A stretch of 64,000 nt of DNA from an uncultured Anaerolineales bacterium (GTDB lineage: Bacteria; Chloroflexota; Anaerolineae; UBA7937; B3-Chlor): NCBI GenBank assembly GCA_964347945.1, contig CAYGAW010000186.1:13865-77864 (forward strand). Reading direction: 5' to 3'. The notes beneath the pieces are model-generated. The model made no database searches. It saw only the letters and a program-made list of their open reading frames with translations, and was not told where the DNA came from. The position numbers were made by a program, and so were the translations under genes. Positions 46,580 to 55,763 of this stretch are shown here, piece by piece; within the stretch, counting starts at the first letter, position 1; the number at the start of each line of letters is the position of its first letter.

Positions 46580-47899
46580 TCAGGGTGATGACACCTCTGC
46601 AGTCTTTCGCTCTTGGGCAGCGGATGGCGCGGGTGCCTCCTCTTTCAATTCCCAAATAGCCACTACTGGGAACAGTTTGGCGAACAGGGTGTACAGAAGT
46701 ATGAAGCCTGCGAAACAAGCCGCGGTAACCGACCACTCGATCCACGTGGGCCCATAGACCCCCCACTCGTAGGGCAATCGCGGCCGGGACAAGGAAGGCA
46801 CGATCACCGTGTAGCGCTCCAGCCACATGCCCAGGTTGATGGAGAGCCCAGCCAGCGTCACCCCGAAGATGGTACGAGTTCGCCGCCAGGCCAGGATAGG
46901 CAACGGTAAGAGGAAGCAGAAGAAGAACATGGCGAAGAAAGCCCAGCTGAACTCCTCTCGGAACTTAGCAAAGAAAACGGCCATGTGGGCCGGCTCAGAT
47001 CCATAGATGGTGGTCAGGACTTCAGCGAAGGTGAAGTAGAACCAGGCAATGGCCAATGCCGCCAGGAACTGACCCAGATAGTTGAAGTGTCGAGCTGTGA
47101 TGTAACTCTGCAGGCCCAGCACTCGCCGCAGAACGGCTGCCACTACACCAACCGCGGCCACTCCCGAGAAGATGGCACCCACCAGGAAGTATGGCCCGAT
47201 GATCGCAGTGTGCCAACCTGGGACGATGGTCATGCCGAAGATCCAGGAGACCACGGTATGGACAGTAACCACCAACAGCGACAAGAAGATCGCAAACCAG
47301 CCCATGATACTCTCTAGCCGGTGATACTGGGCCTCCGTTCCCTTCCAACCCAGCGCCAGCACCTGATACAACCGTCGTCGCCAGGCAGGCGCCTGGGGAT
47401 ACCGATCCCGCAACATAGCGACGTCCGGGATCAAAGCTATGTAAAAGAAAACGACGCTGGAGATCAGATAGGCGCCCACCGCGGTTACGTCCCACAGGAT
47501 AGGCGACTGGAAACGGGAATGTAGCACCACCTGCCACAGGCGGTCTATGCGGCCTAGGTCAATGAGAATACTGCCAGCGCCAAAAGGCAACGCAAAAACC
47601 GTCACTGCCTCAGCCAGGCGAGTGAAAGGCCGTCGCCACTCGGCCCCCAAGATGCGCAGAATGGCTGAGATAAGGGTGCCCGCGTGGCTGAGGCCGATGA
47701 AGAACACGAAATTGGTGATGTACACCCCCCAGAAGATGGGGCGATTGAGCCCTGTGACGCCCAGCCCCAGCTGCAACTGCCCGAGATAGGCAAAGACGCC
47801 CCACCCGATGACAGCGAGCAAGAAGGCGATCAAGACATAGAACCTCCGACCCGTCTTCTCCAGCGGGCTAAACAACACCTCGTGTTCGTTACCCTCCAT
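46580..47899 (-). CDS. NrfD-family integral membrane subunit (439 aa), paralogue of 40561-41835
   Basis: See the conserved blocks listed for 40561-41835. The start codon directly abuts the FeS subunit stop. Confidence 0.9.
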   Translation of the reverse strand: MEGNEHEVLFSPLEKTGRRFYVLIAFLLAVIGWGVFAYLGQLQLGLGVTGLNRPIFWGVYITNFVFFIGLSHAGTLISAILRILGAEWRRPFTRLAEAVTVFALPFGAGSILIDLGRIDRLWQVVLHSRFQSPILWDVTAVGAYLISSVVFFYIALIPDVAMLRDRYPQAPAWRRRLYQVLALGWKGTEAQYHRLESIMGWFAIFLSLLVVTVHTVVSWIFGMTIVPGWHTAIIGPYFLVGAIFSGVAAVGVVAAVLRRVLGLQSYITARHFNYLGQFLAALAIAWFYFTFAEVLTTIYGSEPAHMAVFFAKFREEFSWAFFAMFFFCFLLPLPILAWRRTRTIFGVTLAGLSINLGMWLERYTVIVPSLSRPRLPYEWGVYGPTWIEWSVTAACFAGFILLYTLFAKLFPVVAIWELKEEAPAPSAAQERKTAEVSSP

Positions 47900-48544
47900 C
47901 TACAAGCCCTCCTTCAGATAGAACACGCGTGGCTCTGTACCCAGGTCCTCGAGTAGGCGAACAGCCCGAGGACTACGAGCCAACTGCGACACCTCACTGG
48001 CGGGGTCGTCCAGGTCACCAAAGTAGCGAGCCCCAGTCGGGCAAGCCTGGTTGCACGCTGGGATGGGCAGACCCTCATCCAGGCGATGGACACAGAAAGT
48101 GCACTTTTCCACTATGCCTCTTGGCCGCAGCGGGACGTCAGGGTTCTGATAGCGGTCCATGCCCTCCGGCCATTCTCCGTCATACCACGTGAAATAGCGG
48201 ACTCCGTAAGGGCAGGCCACCGTACAGTAGCGGCATCCTATGCATCGCTCATAGCGCTGCAGCACCAACCCGTCCTCCTCCCGCTTGTAGGTCGCCCCCA
48301 CAGGGCACACCTTTACACAGGGTGGGTTCTCACAATGGAAGCACGGTCGGGGAATGATACTGGCGTCCACATGAGGATACTCCCCTTCAATGTCGAAAAG
48401 GACCTCGTTCCAGAAAATGGCGCGGCCCAACTCCGCCTCGTCGGGACCAATGAAGGGCACGTTGTTCTCCGCCCGACACGCCGCAGTGCAGGATTGACAG
48501 CCGATGCACTTGTCCAAATCGATCACCATCGCCCACTGTGGCAT
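47900..48544 (-). CDS. four-cluster [4Fe-4S] ferredoxin subunit, paralogue of 39868-40560
   Basis: MPQWAMVIDLDKCIGCQSCTAAC..., CFHCENPPCVKVCP, CIGCRYCTVACP, CTFC...CNQACP. Confidence 0.9.
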   Translation of the reverse strand: MPQWAMVIDLDKCIGCQSCTAACRAENNVPFIGPDEAELGRAIFWNEVLFDIEGEYPHVDASIIPRPCFHCENPPCVKVCPVGATYKREEDGLVLQRYERCIGCRYCTVACPYGVRYFTWYDGEWPEGMDRYQNPDVPLRPRGIVEKCTFCVHRLDEGLPIPACNQACPTGARYFGDLDDPASEVSQLARSPRAVRLLEDLGTEPRVFYLKEGL

Positions 48545-48602
48545 CATACCCTCCAAGGACCGACGTCACGACAGGTAGAAGAAGGTCTGTCAAGTCGGTC
48601 CG

Positions 48603-51002
48603 CTATGCCTTGTCTATCCTCACCATCGTCGCGAAGGGCGCCAACGCGCCGGTCAGCGGGGTAGTCTGATTGGCGATCAGCCAGTTGGGATTGACACCCC
48701 GATTCTCGGACCATCGGCCATAGGCTCTGTGGCCCAGCTCGAACGGTATGTTAACCACGTCGGGACGGGCACCTGAGTATAGCACAGCCCGTACTTTGAT
48801 CCTCTCTCCAAGCGGCGATTCCACCCACACCCAGTCATCGTCGGCGATGCCCAGAGCCCGAGCCACGCCAGGGTTGATCTCCACCCAAGAATCCCATTTG
48901 CGGTTGACGTGTAACCCCAGCATCTCCTGCAAATGAGGTAAGTTGGCCCCGCGCCCCTCGGCATGAGCCATGAGCTTGTAGGTGTTGAGAAAGAACGGAT
49001 ACCCCTTGTGGTCGCCCACCGTCTCGGGCGGCTCGTAGTGTGGCAGGTACACCTCGTCACCCCGAGCTTGCACCCCTAACTCATCCAATACTCTCTCTAG
49101 GTCACCGTTGGCGACCCTCGCCAATTCGTCCCTCAAAGTTTGCGAGTAAAACTCGAACCTTCCCGATGGCGTGGCCAGCACCCGCTCCCAGTCGCCAAGG
49201 CGATAGGACGCGTCGGACCAGACGCTCCGCCGCGCGAATTCCTCCCAGAAGAACTCGAACTCAGTAGCAGTTATGTCTCCCTGCTCGGATAGCCAAAGGC
49301 CACTAGTCCGGTACTGCACCACCTCGGCGAAGCTGCCCCACGGAAAGGATTCAGACACCGGCTCTCCCAACCTCCGAGCCAACTCCAAGAGCACATCTCC
49401 AGTGTGCCGCGTGTCGAACAACGGAGCTACTACCGGTAGCCCCAAGCCCACCACTGGATAGCCCAGACTGGGGGGCGGCTCCACGTCCTGCAACCGCTCC
49501 AGATAAGTGTGGTCGGGAAGGATCAGATCCGCGTGGGCAGTACTGTCGTCCAGAAAAGGCGAGAAGCTCACTATGAAGGGCACCTTCTCAATGGCCTCGT
49601 GAAAGCGAGCTACCTCTGCACTGGAAAAGAGGGGGTTCGTGTAGTATAGAAGCAGAGCGTTGACCGGATACGGGTCATCACTCGCAATGCTGTCCGGCAG
49701 CTGTTGATAGACGCCGCAGGCGAGAGGATAACGGCGTGTGCCAGCAAAATCAATCCGAGATTGGGCGCGTCCCTCCTCGGATACAGGATCCGGGGCGAGG
49801 TCGGGCCATGGCAGGAAGGGCGCATCCCTCTGGGTCAGCACCCCTCCAGAAACGTCGATGGATCCAACCAAGGCGTTGAGGCCGTGCACGGCCATCTGAT
49901 TGAACAAGCCGTTGCTCCACATGCTGATGCCCCGGTCGCCAATGGCCACCGCCGGCCTGGTCGCAGCGAACTCGCGAGCAATGCGAGTGATCGTCTCGGC
50001 TGGCACTCCGGTGATGGCCTCTACTTGGGAGGGAGCGTAGTCCCGTAGCACGAGCGTCTTGAAGCCCATATGCTGGGCACCATCCTCGTCGGTCCAGTCC
50101 TCGAAGCCAAGAGTGTGCTGCGTCACAAAGCCCTCATCATACAACTCTTCATTGATGATAACGTAGGCTATGCACAACGCCAGGGCACCATCCGTACCGG
50201 GTCGAATGGGTACCCACTCGTCAGCCTTGGCCGCGGTGATGGAGAAACGGGTGTCCACCTGGACCATTCGAAGCCGCTCGTGGGCTCGGCCCCGGCGCAT
50301 GTACCCGTAGGCCTTTGCGTTGCGCACGGTGGGCCGCCATGCTTCCAAGAAAGAGGCGCCGAAAGACAGGAGGTACCTCGTGCGCTCCCAGTCGTAGCCC
50401 AGGAAGCTCCGCTGACCCTGGCTCAGCCAATGAGCCATCTCCACGGTCGAAGCGCAGATGCTGTTGTGCGTAATACGGTTAGGGGTGCCATACGCGTCGC
50501 AGAAGCGAGAAATCAGGCCTTCCATCTGTCCGAGGACACGGCCGGTCATAAGGACCATGGTGTGGGAGTCCCCGCGGTCACGCAATTCGCCCAACCTGCT
50601 CGCCACCTCTTCGATGGCCTCGTCCCAACTGATTGATTCCCACCGCCCGTCGCCTCGGTTCCCCACCCGACGCAGCGGGCCCTGGGTGCGGTCGGGATCG
50701 TAAAGCACCTGCAAGCCAGCCTGTGCCTTGGGGCAGATCTTGCCGTTGTTGAGGGGATGCAGGGGATTGCCTTCGATCTTGACCGCCCGGCCATCCACCA
50801 CCCTCACCAAGAGGCCACAGCCAGCCTGACATTGCTGACAGATAGTGGACCGCCAGGCCTCTTGACGATCCTGTGCAGCTCCCTGTTCCTCACGAGTCAA
50901 AGCGCGCAGTATGGTCGCTTTGGCTGCTGCCTGGTAGACAGCGACCGCCGCGGTACCTGCCCCCGCCACCTTGAGAAAAGCCCGTCTGCTAAGTTTCGTC
51001 AC
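48603..51002 (-). CDS. Tat-exported molybdopterin oxidoreductase catalytic subunit A2 (Cys ligand context retained)
   Basis: GTG start, twin-arginine signal SRRAFLKVAG, FS0 motif CQQCQAGCG...CPKA, and GTPNRITHNSICAST (H-x-S-x-C as in polysulfide/thiosulfate-reductase-type enzymes). Confidence 0.9.
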   Translation of the reverse strand: MTKLSRRAFLKVAGAGTAAVAVYQAAAKATILRALTREEQGAAQDRQEAWRSTICQQCQAGCGLLVRVVDGRAVKIEGNPLHPLNNGKICPKAQAGLQVLYDPDRTQGPLRRVGNRGDGRWESISWDEAIEEVASRLGELRDRGDSHTMVLMTGRVLGQMEGLISRFCDAYGTPNRITHNSICASTVEMAHWLSQGQRSFLGYDWERTRYLLSFGASFLEAWRPTVRNAKAYGYMRRGRAHERLRMVQVDTRFSITAAKADEWVPIRPGTDGALALCIAYVIINEELYDEGFVTQHTLGFEDWTDEDGAQHMGFKTLVLRDYAPSQVEAITGVPAETITRIAREFAATRPAVAIGDRGISMWSNGLFNQMAVHGLNALVGSIDVSGGVLTQRDAPFLPWPDLAPDPVSEEGRAQSRIDFAGTRRYPLACGVYQQLPDSIASDDPYPVNALLLYYTNPLFSSAEVARFHEAIEKVPFIVSFSPFLDDSTAHADLILPDHTYLERLQDVEPPPSLGYPVVGLGLPVVAPLFDTRHTGDVLLELARRLGEPVSESFPWGSFAEVVQYRTSGLWLSEQGDITATEFEFFWEEFARRSVWSDASYRLGDWERVLATPSGRFEFYSQTLRDELARVANGDLERVLDELGVQARGDEVYLPHYEPPETVGDHKGYPFFLNTYKLMAHAEGRGANLPHLQEMLGLHVNRKWDSWVEINPGVARALGIADDDWVWVESPLGERIKVRAVLYSGARPDVVNIPFELGHRAYGRWSENRGVNPNWLIANQTTPLTGALAPFATMVRIDKA

Positions 51003-51052
51003 TTTTCCTCAGTTCCCTTCATGCCTTGTTGTGCTTGCCTCACACACGCTAC

Positions 51053-51061
51053 AGTATACCA
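51053..51061 (-). promoter_or_regulatory. possible extended -10 promoter element for the A2 operon
   Basis: On the minus strand: TGgTATACT about 45 nt upstream of the GTG start. No good -35. Confidence 0.3.
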
Positions 51062-51235
51062 CGCATCTCCGTGCAGTTCCACAATGGTGTCACAGTCTTT
51101 GTACACTTACCCCAGTAACGGACGAACCCTTCTGTTCAGACCTTTGTTACGATATCTCCACACGCGCATGGCACCGAATCTCACAGACCCAGTTTTCCTG
51201 ACCGACCGGTTGGAACGTCCAAGGGAACCGCCAGG

Positions 51236-51311
51236 CAAAAAAGAAACGGGCCGCTGGGATCTCAGTTCTGAGGAGCACGCTGCTTCAGGTTTCCGATCCC
51301 ATCGCCCGCTG
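51236..51311 (-). terminator. possible terminator separating the regulatory genes from the A2 operon
   Basis: On the minus strand: CAGCGGGCGAUGGGAUC-31 nt-GAUCCCAGCGGCCCG (imperfect) followed by UUUCUUUUUUG. Confidence 0.35.
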
Positions 51312-51613
51312 ACGGACGTTCGGAGCCAACGGGGCAACGTCCTTGGGTTCCTGAATTGGAGAAGGCTCATAGAGTGAAACCTAGAGGCTATTCGCTGCTG
51401 AAGATGATGCCCTCACCCCCCTTTTGAAACCGCTCAGCCACACACCAACGGTGGAAGCAGGGCAGGCTCATCCGCGTGACGGCAGTGCCCGAGACCTAGC
51501 CCACCGCCTTGGAATGACGTAGGTCAAGATCGACGCCTGGCTTGCCTCCTGACGATCCTCATGGCGCTCGGTGGCTACGCACTCGAGGAAGCAAGTCTGA
51601 GTTCTTAGGAAAC

Positions 51614-51748
51614 CTACAAATGGTGACTGCGATCATCTGCTGATGACGGCCAGGCCACCCACTCATCGGTCAGTCTAGTCCTCCACATCGCATACGCGAT
51701 GAATGCAAACAAGCCGCCAAGTCCCATGATCGCTTCCAAGGACAGCAT
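51614..51748 (-). CDS. possible 44-aa single-TM peptide
   Basis: GGAGTGAGGG-aa-ATG then MLSLEAIMGLGGLFAFIAYAMWRTRLTDEWVAWPSSADDRSHHL. Below the ORF-track size cut-off. Supported only by the SD and a hydrophobic helix. Confidence 0.25.
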   Translation of the reverse strand: MLSLEAIMGLGGLFAFIAYAMWRTRLTDEWVAWPSSADDRSHHL

Positions 51749-51965
51749 TTCCCTCACTCCTCTCACTGCAAGAGATCTGTCGACTGGCAATTGTCCAACA
51801 CCCTTGAGAAGACCGGCACCGAGCCACCCACTGGGTGCGGAATGCCGTCAACGGTTGGAAAGACACCCGGTACTATGCTGTTGGGCACCTTCCTACGTGA
51901 TGGTCCAACGGCGGTCCCGACAACCGTGTCCACGGCCAACTTCGAGAGACGGCGTATGATTCTCC

Positions 51966-52340
51966 TCACAGCTCTGATATTACTTCCAGTAGATCTTCAG
52001 CCTTCCTCACCTGCCTTTGGTGGCCATAATAGATGTCGATCTCGTTCTCGCCCAGGCTTAGGCCGACGACTGTGCTTCCAGGGCTTTCTCGTACGACGTG
52101 AGAGAGAACGTTGTCGATCGGCACGCCCTCTTCCCCTCTCTCCATGACTACTACATCGGGCTTCAACTTCTTGATGCTCTCCAAGCCGCTCTGTTCCTCG
52201 CTCTCAATACCCACAATCTCTATCTCCTCTCGCCCGCGGAGTAGAGTGCTCAAGCCCCGAGCGAAGAGCACGTGCCTGCAAAGCACAAGAGTCCGACGCT
52301 TCTGCAACTCATCCGCCTTAGCGGTGGGATCAGACGCCAA
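51966..52340 (-). CDS. stand-alone degenerate (pseudo-)receiver domain protein
   Basis: Aligns by eye with the receiver of the adjacent NarL-type regulator, but DD is replaced by CR (LVLCRHVLF) and the phospho-Asp by Glu (DVVVMERG). No output domain. TTG start. Confidence 0.65.
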   Translation of the reverse strand: MASDPTAKADELQKRRTLVLCRHVLFARGLSTLLRGREEIEIVGIESEEQSGLESIKKLKPDVVVMERGEEGVPIDNVLSHVVRESPGSTVVGLSLGENEIDIYYGHQRQVRKAEDLLEVISEL

Positions 52341-52405
52341 CGACGCTTATCTCCATTATAGGCGTCGGGTCAGTCCGGTGTCTATCGTTCATCCTGCCCC
52401 TTACT

Positions 52406-52437
52406 CCAAAGCAAAGGAGCTATCCTCGGATAGCTCC
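52406..52437 (-). terminator. rho-independent terminator after the HK/RR operon
   Basis: On the minus strand: GGAGCUAUCC-ga-GGAUAGCUCC followed by UUUGCUUUGG. Confidence 0.6.
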
Positions 52438-52504
52438 AATCTGATCAGATGCCCTTTTCTCTGATTCGAGAGGCCTAGTTGCTCATAGTTCCACCATACT
52501 AGTA

Positions 52505-53173
52505 CTACTTCCCGGTTCTTTCGACCAGGCCCTCTCGCACTGCGTAGGCTGCTGCCTGGGCCCGGTTTCTGAGGTGAAGCTTGGCCAGGATGTTACGCAA
52601 GTGGTTCTTCACGGTACTCTCGGCCACGCAAAGGGTGTCAGCGATTTCCTTGTTGGTCTGCCCCTTCACTATCAACTCCAGCACCTCTATCTCGCGCGGC
52701 GTCAATCTTCCGGTCGGACCGCCAGCCCCTGCCCGCACATCTGCCAGAGAACTGAACTCTCTCAAGATTTTGGCCGCCATCAGAGGAGAAAGAGGGGCCT
52801 CTCCTCGGAACACCCCTCGACAGAGGCGATAAAGCTCCTCGGGCTCCAGGTCCTTCAGCAGGTAACCATCGGCCCCGCTCCTTATGGCATCGAACAGATC
52901 ACTGTCCCGCTCCGATACAGTGAGCATTACAATCTTGACGTAGGGCATCTCGTCTTTGATGATGCCCGTCGCCTGGCGGCCACTCATCCCCTGCATGACG
53001 ATATCCATTAGAATAAGGTCAGGCATTAGCTCCCTAGCCTTCTCGAGAGCTTCCTGTCCATCCCCAGCCTCTCCCACGACGTCCATATCCGGCTGTGCGG
53101 CAAGCAGGTTCGCAATCCCCTTGCGGAACAAGATATGATCGTCGACAAGAAGCACGCGGATAGGCTCCATCAT
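52505..53173 (-). CDS. NarL/LuxR-family response regulator
   Basis: IRVLLVDDH...DLILMDIVMQGMSG receiver and C-terminal LuxR HTH (LTPREIEVLELIVKGQTNKEIADTLCVAESTVKNHLRNI). ATGA overlap with the kinase gene. Confidence 0.92.
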   Translation of the reverse strand: MMEPIRVLLVDDHILFRKGIANLLAAQPDMDVVGEAGDGQEALEKARELMPDLILMDIVMQGMSGRQATGIIKDEMPYVKIVMLTVSERDSDLFDAIRSGADGYLLKDLEPEELYRLCRGVFRGEAPLSPLMAAKILREFSSLADVRAGAGGPTGRLTPREIEVLELIVKGQTNKEIADTLCVAESTVKNHLRNILAKLHLRNRAQAAAYAVREGLVERTGK

Positions 53174-55626
53174 CCCCTCCTGTCCTCCACAGGAACAGTG
53201 GCAATCACCCTCGTTCCCTCACCGGGGCGAGAATGGATCTCCAATGTCCCGTTGAGGCTTTCAGCCCGCTCCCTCATGATGTTCAGGCCAAAGTGGCGTC
53301 CGCTGTGTCCTCCTATCTCTTCGACGTCGAACCCTCGCCCGTTGTCTTCTATGACCATTGTGACTTGATGAGCACGCTTCCCCAGTCTGACCACGATGGC
53401 TGTGGCCTGGGAGTGCTTCCTGACATTGGACAGAGCCTCTTGAGCAATGCGAATCAGTTGTACTGCCTGAACGGCAGCAGGCGTGATCTCCGCCTCCTGC
53501 TCCACCACCAGACGAGTCTCGACACGGTTCTGCAAGCCGAATTCCTCCAAGTAGGCCTCCAGGCTACTAATGAAGTCTGCGCCCTCGAAGACCGCCGATC
53601 TAAGGTCGGCGATGGCCTCCCTGGCGTCGACGTAGGCCTCTTCTGTCGTTTTGACCATGTCGACCAGAATCTGCTCGGCCTCCGCCACCTCTCCTTTCAA
53701 TAGGTGTTCACCAGCGACCTTGAGCCGCAGTCTCAGATACCCGAGGGTCTGCGCGAGACCATCGTGCATCTCCCGAGCTAGCCTTTCTCTTTCCTCCAGG
53801 ATAGCCACACCCTGTACCTCACTGTACAGCGCCGCGTTCTCAAGGGCAATAGCCGCTTGTGCGGCCACACCCTGGAGAAGTTGGGCATCTTCTTTCGTGA
53901 ACAGCCGATTGCCCGCTTTGCGTTCCAGACCCACAGCGCCCACGATTTCGCCGTGAGAGGATATGGGCGTCGTCAAGAGGCTTCCCTCCAGGCTCTCATC
54001 CCCGCCACGGAGCAGCCCAGACACCTTGTGAGACAATTCCTCAGAAGGTATCCCATACACGGCTTGACTTTGCTCGTCGTCACTGGAAGCGGCTGTGATC
54101 ACTATGCCGCCTCCTGCCTGTGCCCCCCTGGCCGCTTGGGTCACCAGTTCCTGCAGCAGGGGTTCACTATGTAGATGACCACTGATCACGCCGGTGATCT
54201 CGTAGAGCAGCTCCAAGTGCCTTGTCCTCTCCCTTACCTCCTGCTCCATCTCACTGTATAGCTGGGCATTCTGCACCGCCACTCCCAGTTGCTTTCCAAT
54301 GGCATCTAGCAGTTCCAGATCCTGGGCCTGAAAGTGACTGGGCTCCTTGTGGTGAAGCGCCATCACTCCTAGAGTCTTCTCTCTGGAGGTCAGGGGCACC
54401 GCAACAGTGGACAAGTACCCTCCTTGTTGGCAGACTGTTCTCGATAGGCGAGGGTCGGAGCTGGTGTCAGCGCTCATCATCGCTTGGCCTGACCGCGCTA
54501 CAACCCCACACAGGCACTGGTCGATACGTATGTGCCTATCTTCCTCGGCGAATTCAGGCTGTTGACCGTAGTGGCTCCGCAACGACATTGCGCCTTCCGA
54601 ACCATCGAGCAGCCAGATTTCCCCTGCATCCAGCCCCATCAGATCCAGCACCTTCTTCAGTCCAGTCCGTAGCATCTCATCCACGTCTAGGGATCGGCTG
54701 ACCGTGCCGGCCACTGTGTTCAACGTGAGAAGCCGCCGGGTCTGCTTCTGCAGTTGTTTGGTCCTCTCGGACACCTCCTTTTGGAGCTTCGCCTTCTCCT
54801 TCAAACCCTCAGCCATGTCATTGAAAGCCGCCGCCAACTCCGCAAGTTCGTCCTCGCTGGTGACGGGAGCTCTTTGATTCAAGTCACCCTTGGCGAAAAG
54901 ACGTATGGTGTCCACCATGGACTCGACCTTGTTGACCACAGTCTTGCTGATCATGAAGTTGACGGCCAACACCACCGCCACCGTCATCCCCAAGGAAAGC
55001 ACCATGTTGTCCCTCAGATCTGTGGCTAGCACGCTGTCCACACGGGCCATTGAGAGATCGGTGATCAAGATCCCGAGTATGGAGGCTCCGCTATCATGGC
55101 AAGCATGGCACTGTTCCGCGTTCGCAATGGGGTTTACGTTGCGGAGGAATCGGCCACCCGTCTCCGTGGTGAAGAGCACGCTCTGATTGCGGTTCTCCGT
55201 CTGCTGTCGATGACAGAGTTGGCAGGTAGGGTCACCCAGTTCCAATACCTCTCCCGTCCTCTGCCCCTGAAAGGAGGCCTTGATCTCCCCTGGCTTGTCG
55301 ATCAGCATGACTTCCGTGATATCCTCTTGAGTCGCCGCGATCTCATCCACGGCGTACTGGATGCTCTCAAGATCGTGGGTCATCATAGCTCGCACCAGGC
55401 TACTCTCGATGACTTCCCCCACCTGAGTGGCTGACCTCTCCAGGTCGTTGGACAGCGCTTGGCGACGCTGCAAGAACTGCAGTATCGAGAAGAGACCCGC
55501 GATCAACATCACCGGCACGACTATCCCTACGGTGATCTTGGCCTTAAGGCTTCTGCTGAATCGTTCTCTCGGCATATGTCCGGCCGGCAACAGCAGCGCC
55601 ACTGAAGGAGATAACTGGCGCCGCAA
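53170..55626 (-). CDS. sensor histidine kinase: extracytoplasmic domain with two CXXCH motifs, HAMP, 2 GAF-like regions, HisKA_3, HATPase
   Basis: TM1, about 160-aa loop with CQLCH (55224-55210) and CHACH (55110-55096), TM2, HAMP (FAKGDLNQR...DELAELAAAFNDMAE), H-box REMHDGLAQTL, and G-box. The start is either 55626 or ATG 55575. Confidence 0.9.
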   Translation of the reverse strand: MRRQLSPSVALLLPAGHMPRERFSRSLKAKITVGIVVPVMLIAGLFSILQFLQRRQALSNDLERSATQVGEVIESSLVRAMMTHDLESIQYAVDEIAATQEDITEVMLIDKPGEIKASFQGQRTGEVLELGDPTCQLCHRQQTENRNQSVLFTTETGGRFLRNVNPIANAEQCHACHDSGASILGILITDLSMARVDSVLATDLRDNMVLSLGMTVAVVLAVNFMISKTVVNKVESMVDTIRLFAKGDLNQRAPVTSEDELAELAAAFNDMAEGLKEKAKLQKEVSERTKQLQKQTRRLLTLNTVAGTVSRSLDVDEMLRTGLKKVLDLMGLDAGEIWLLDGSEGAMSLRSHYGQQPEFAEEDRHIRIDQCLCGVVARSGQAMMSADTSSDPRLSRTVCQQGGYLSTVAVPLTSREKTLGVMALHHKEPSHFQAQDLELLDAIGKQLGVAVQNAQLYSEMEQEVRERTRHLELLYEITGVISGHLHSEPLLQELVTQAARGAQAGGGIVITAASSDDEQSQAVYGIPSEELSHKVSGLLRGGDESLEGSLLTTPISSHGEIVGAVGLERKAGNRLFTKEDAQLLQGVAAQAAIALENAALYSEVQGVAILEERERLAREMHDGLAQTLGYLRLRLKVAGEHLLKGEVAEAEQILVDMVKTTEEAYVDAREAIADLRSAVFEGADFISSLEAYLEEFGLQNRVETRLVVEQEAEITPAAVQAVQLIRIAQEALSNVRKHSQATAIVVRLGKRAHQVTMVIEDNGRGFDVEEIGGHSGRHFGLNIMRERAESLNGTLEIHSRPGEGTRVIATVPVEDRRG

Positions 55627-55763
55627 CCCGTCTTCACTTCAATTGTGCCATAGGTAGCCAAGGATGTCAAGCTTCCCTGTGCAGAACAACGCGCGCTGAT
55701 TCATTCGCTATTCCGAACCACCGTTTGGCACGGATGCGGACGGTTGCCTCATTGAGAGAGCGT

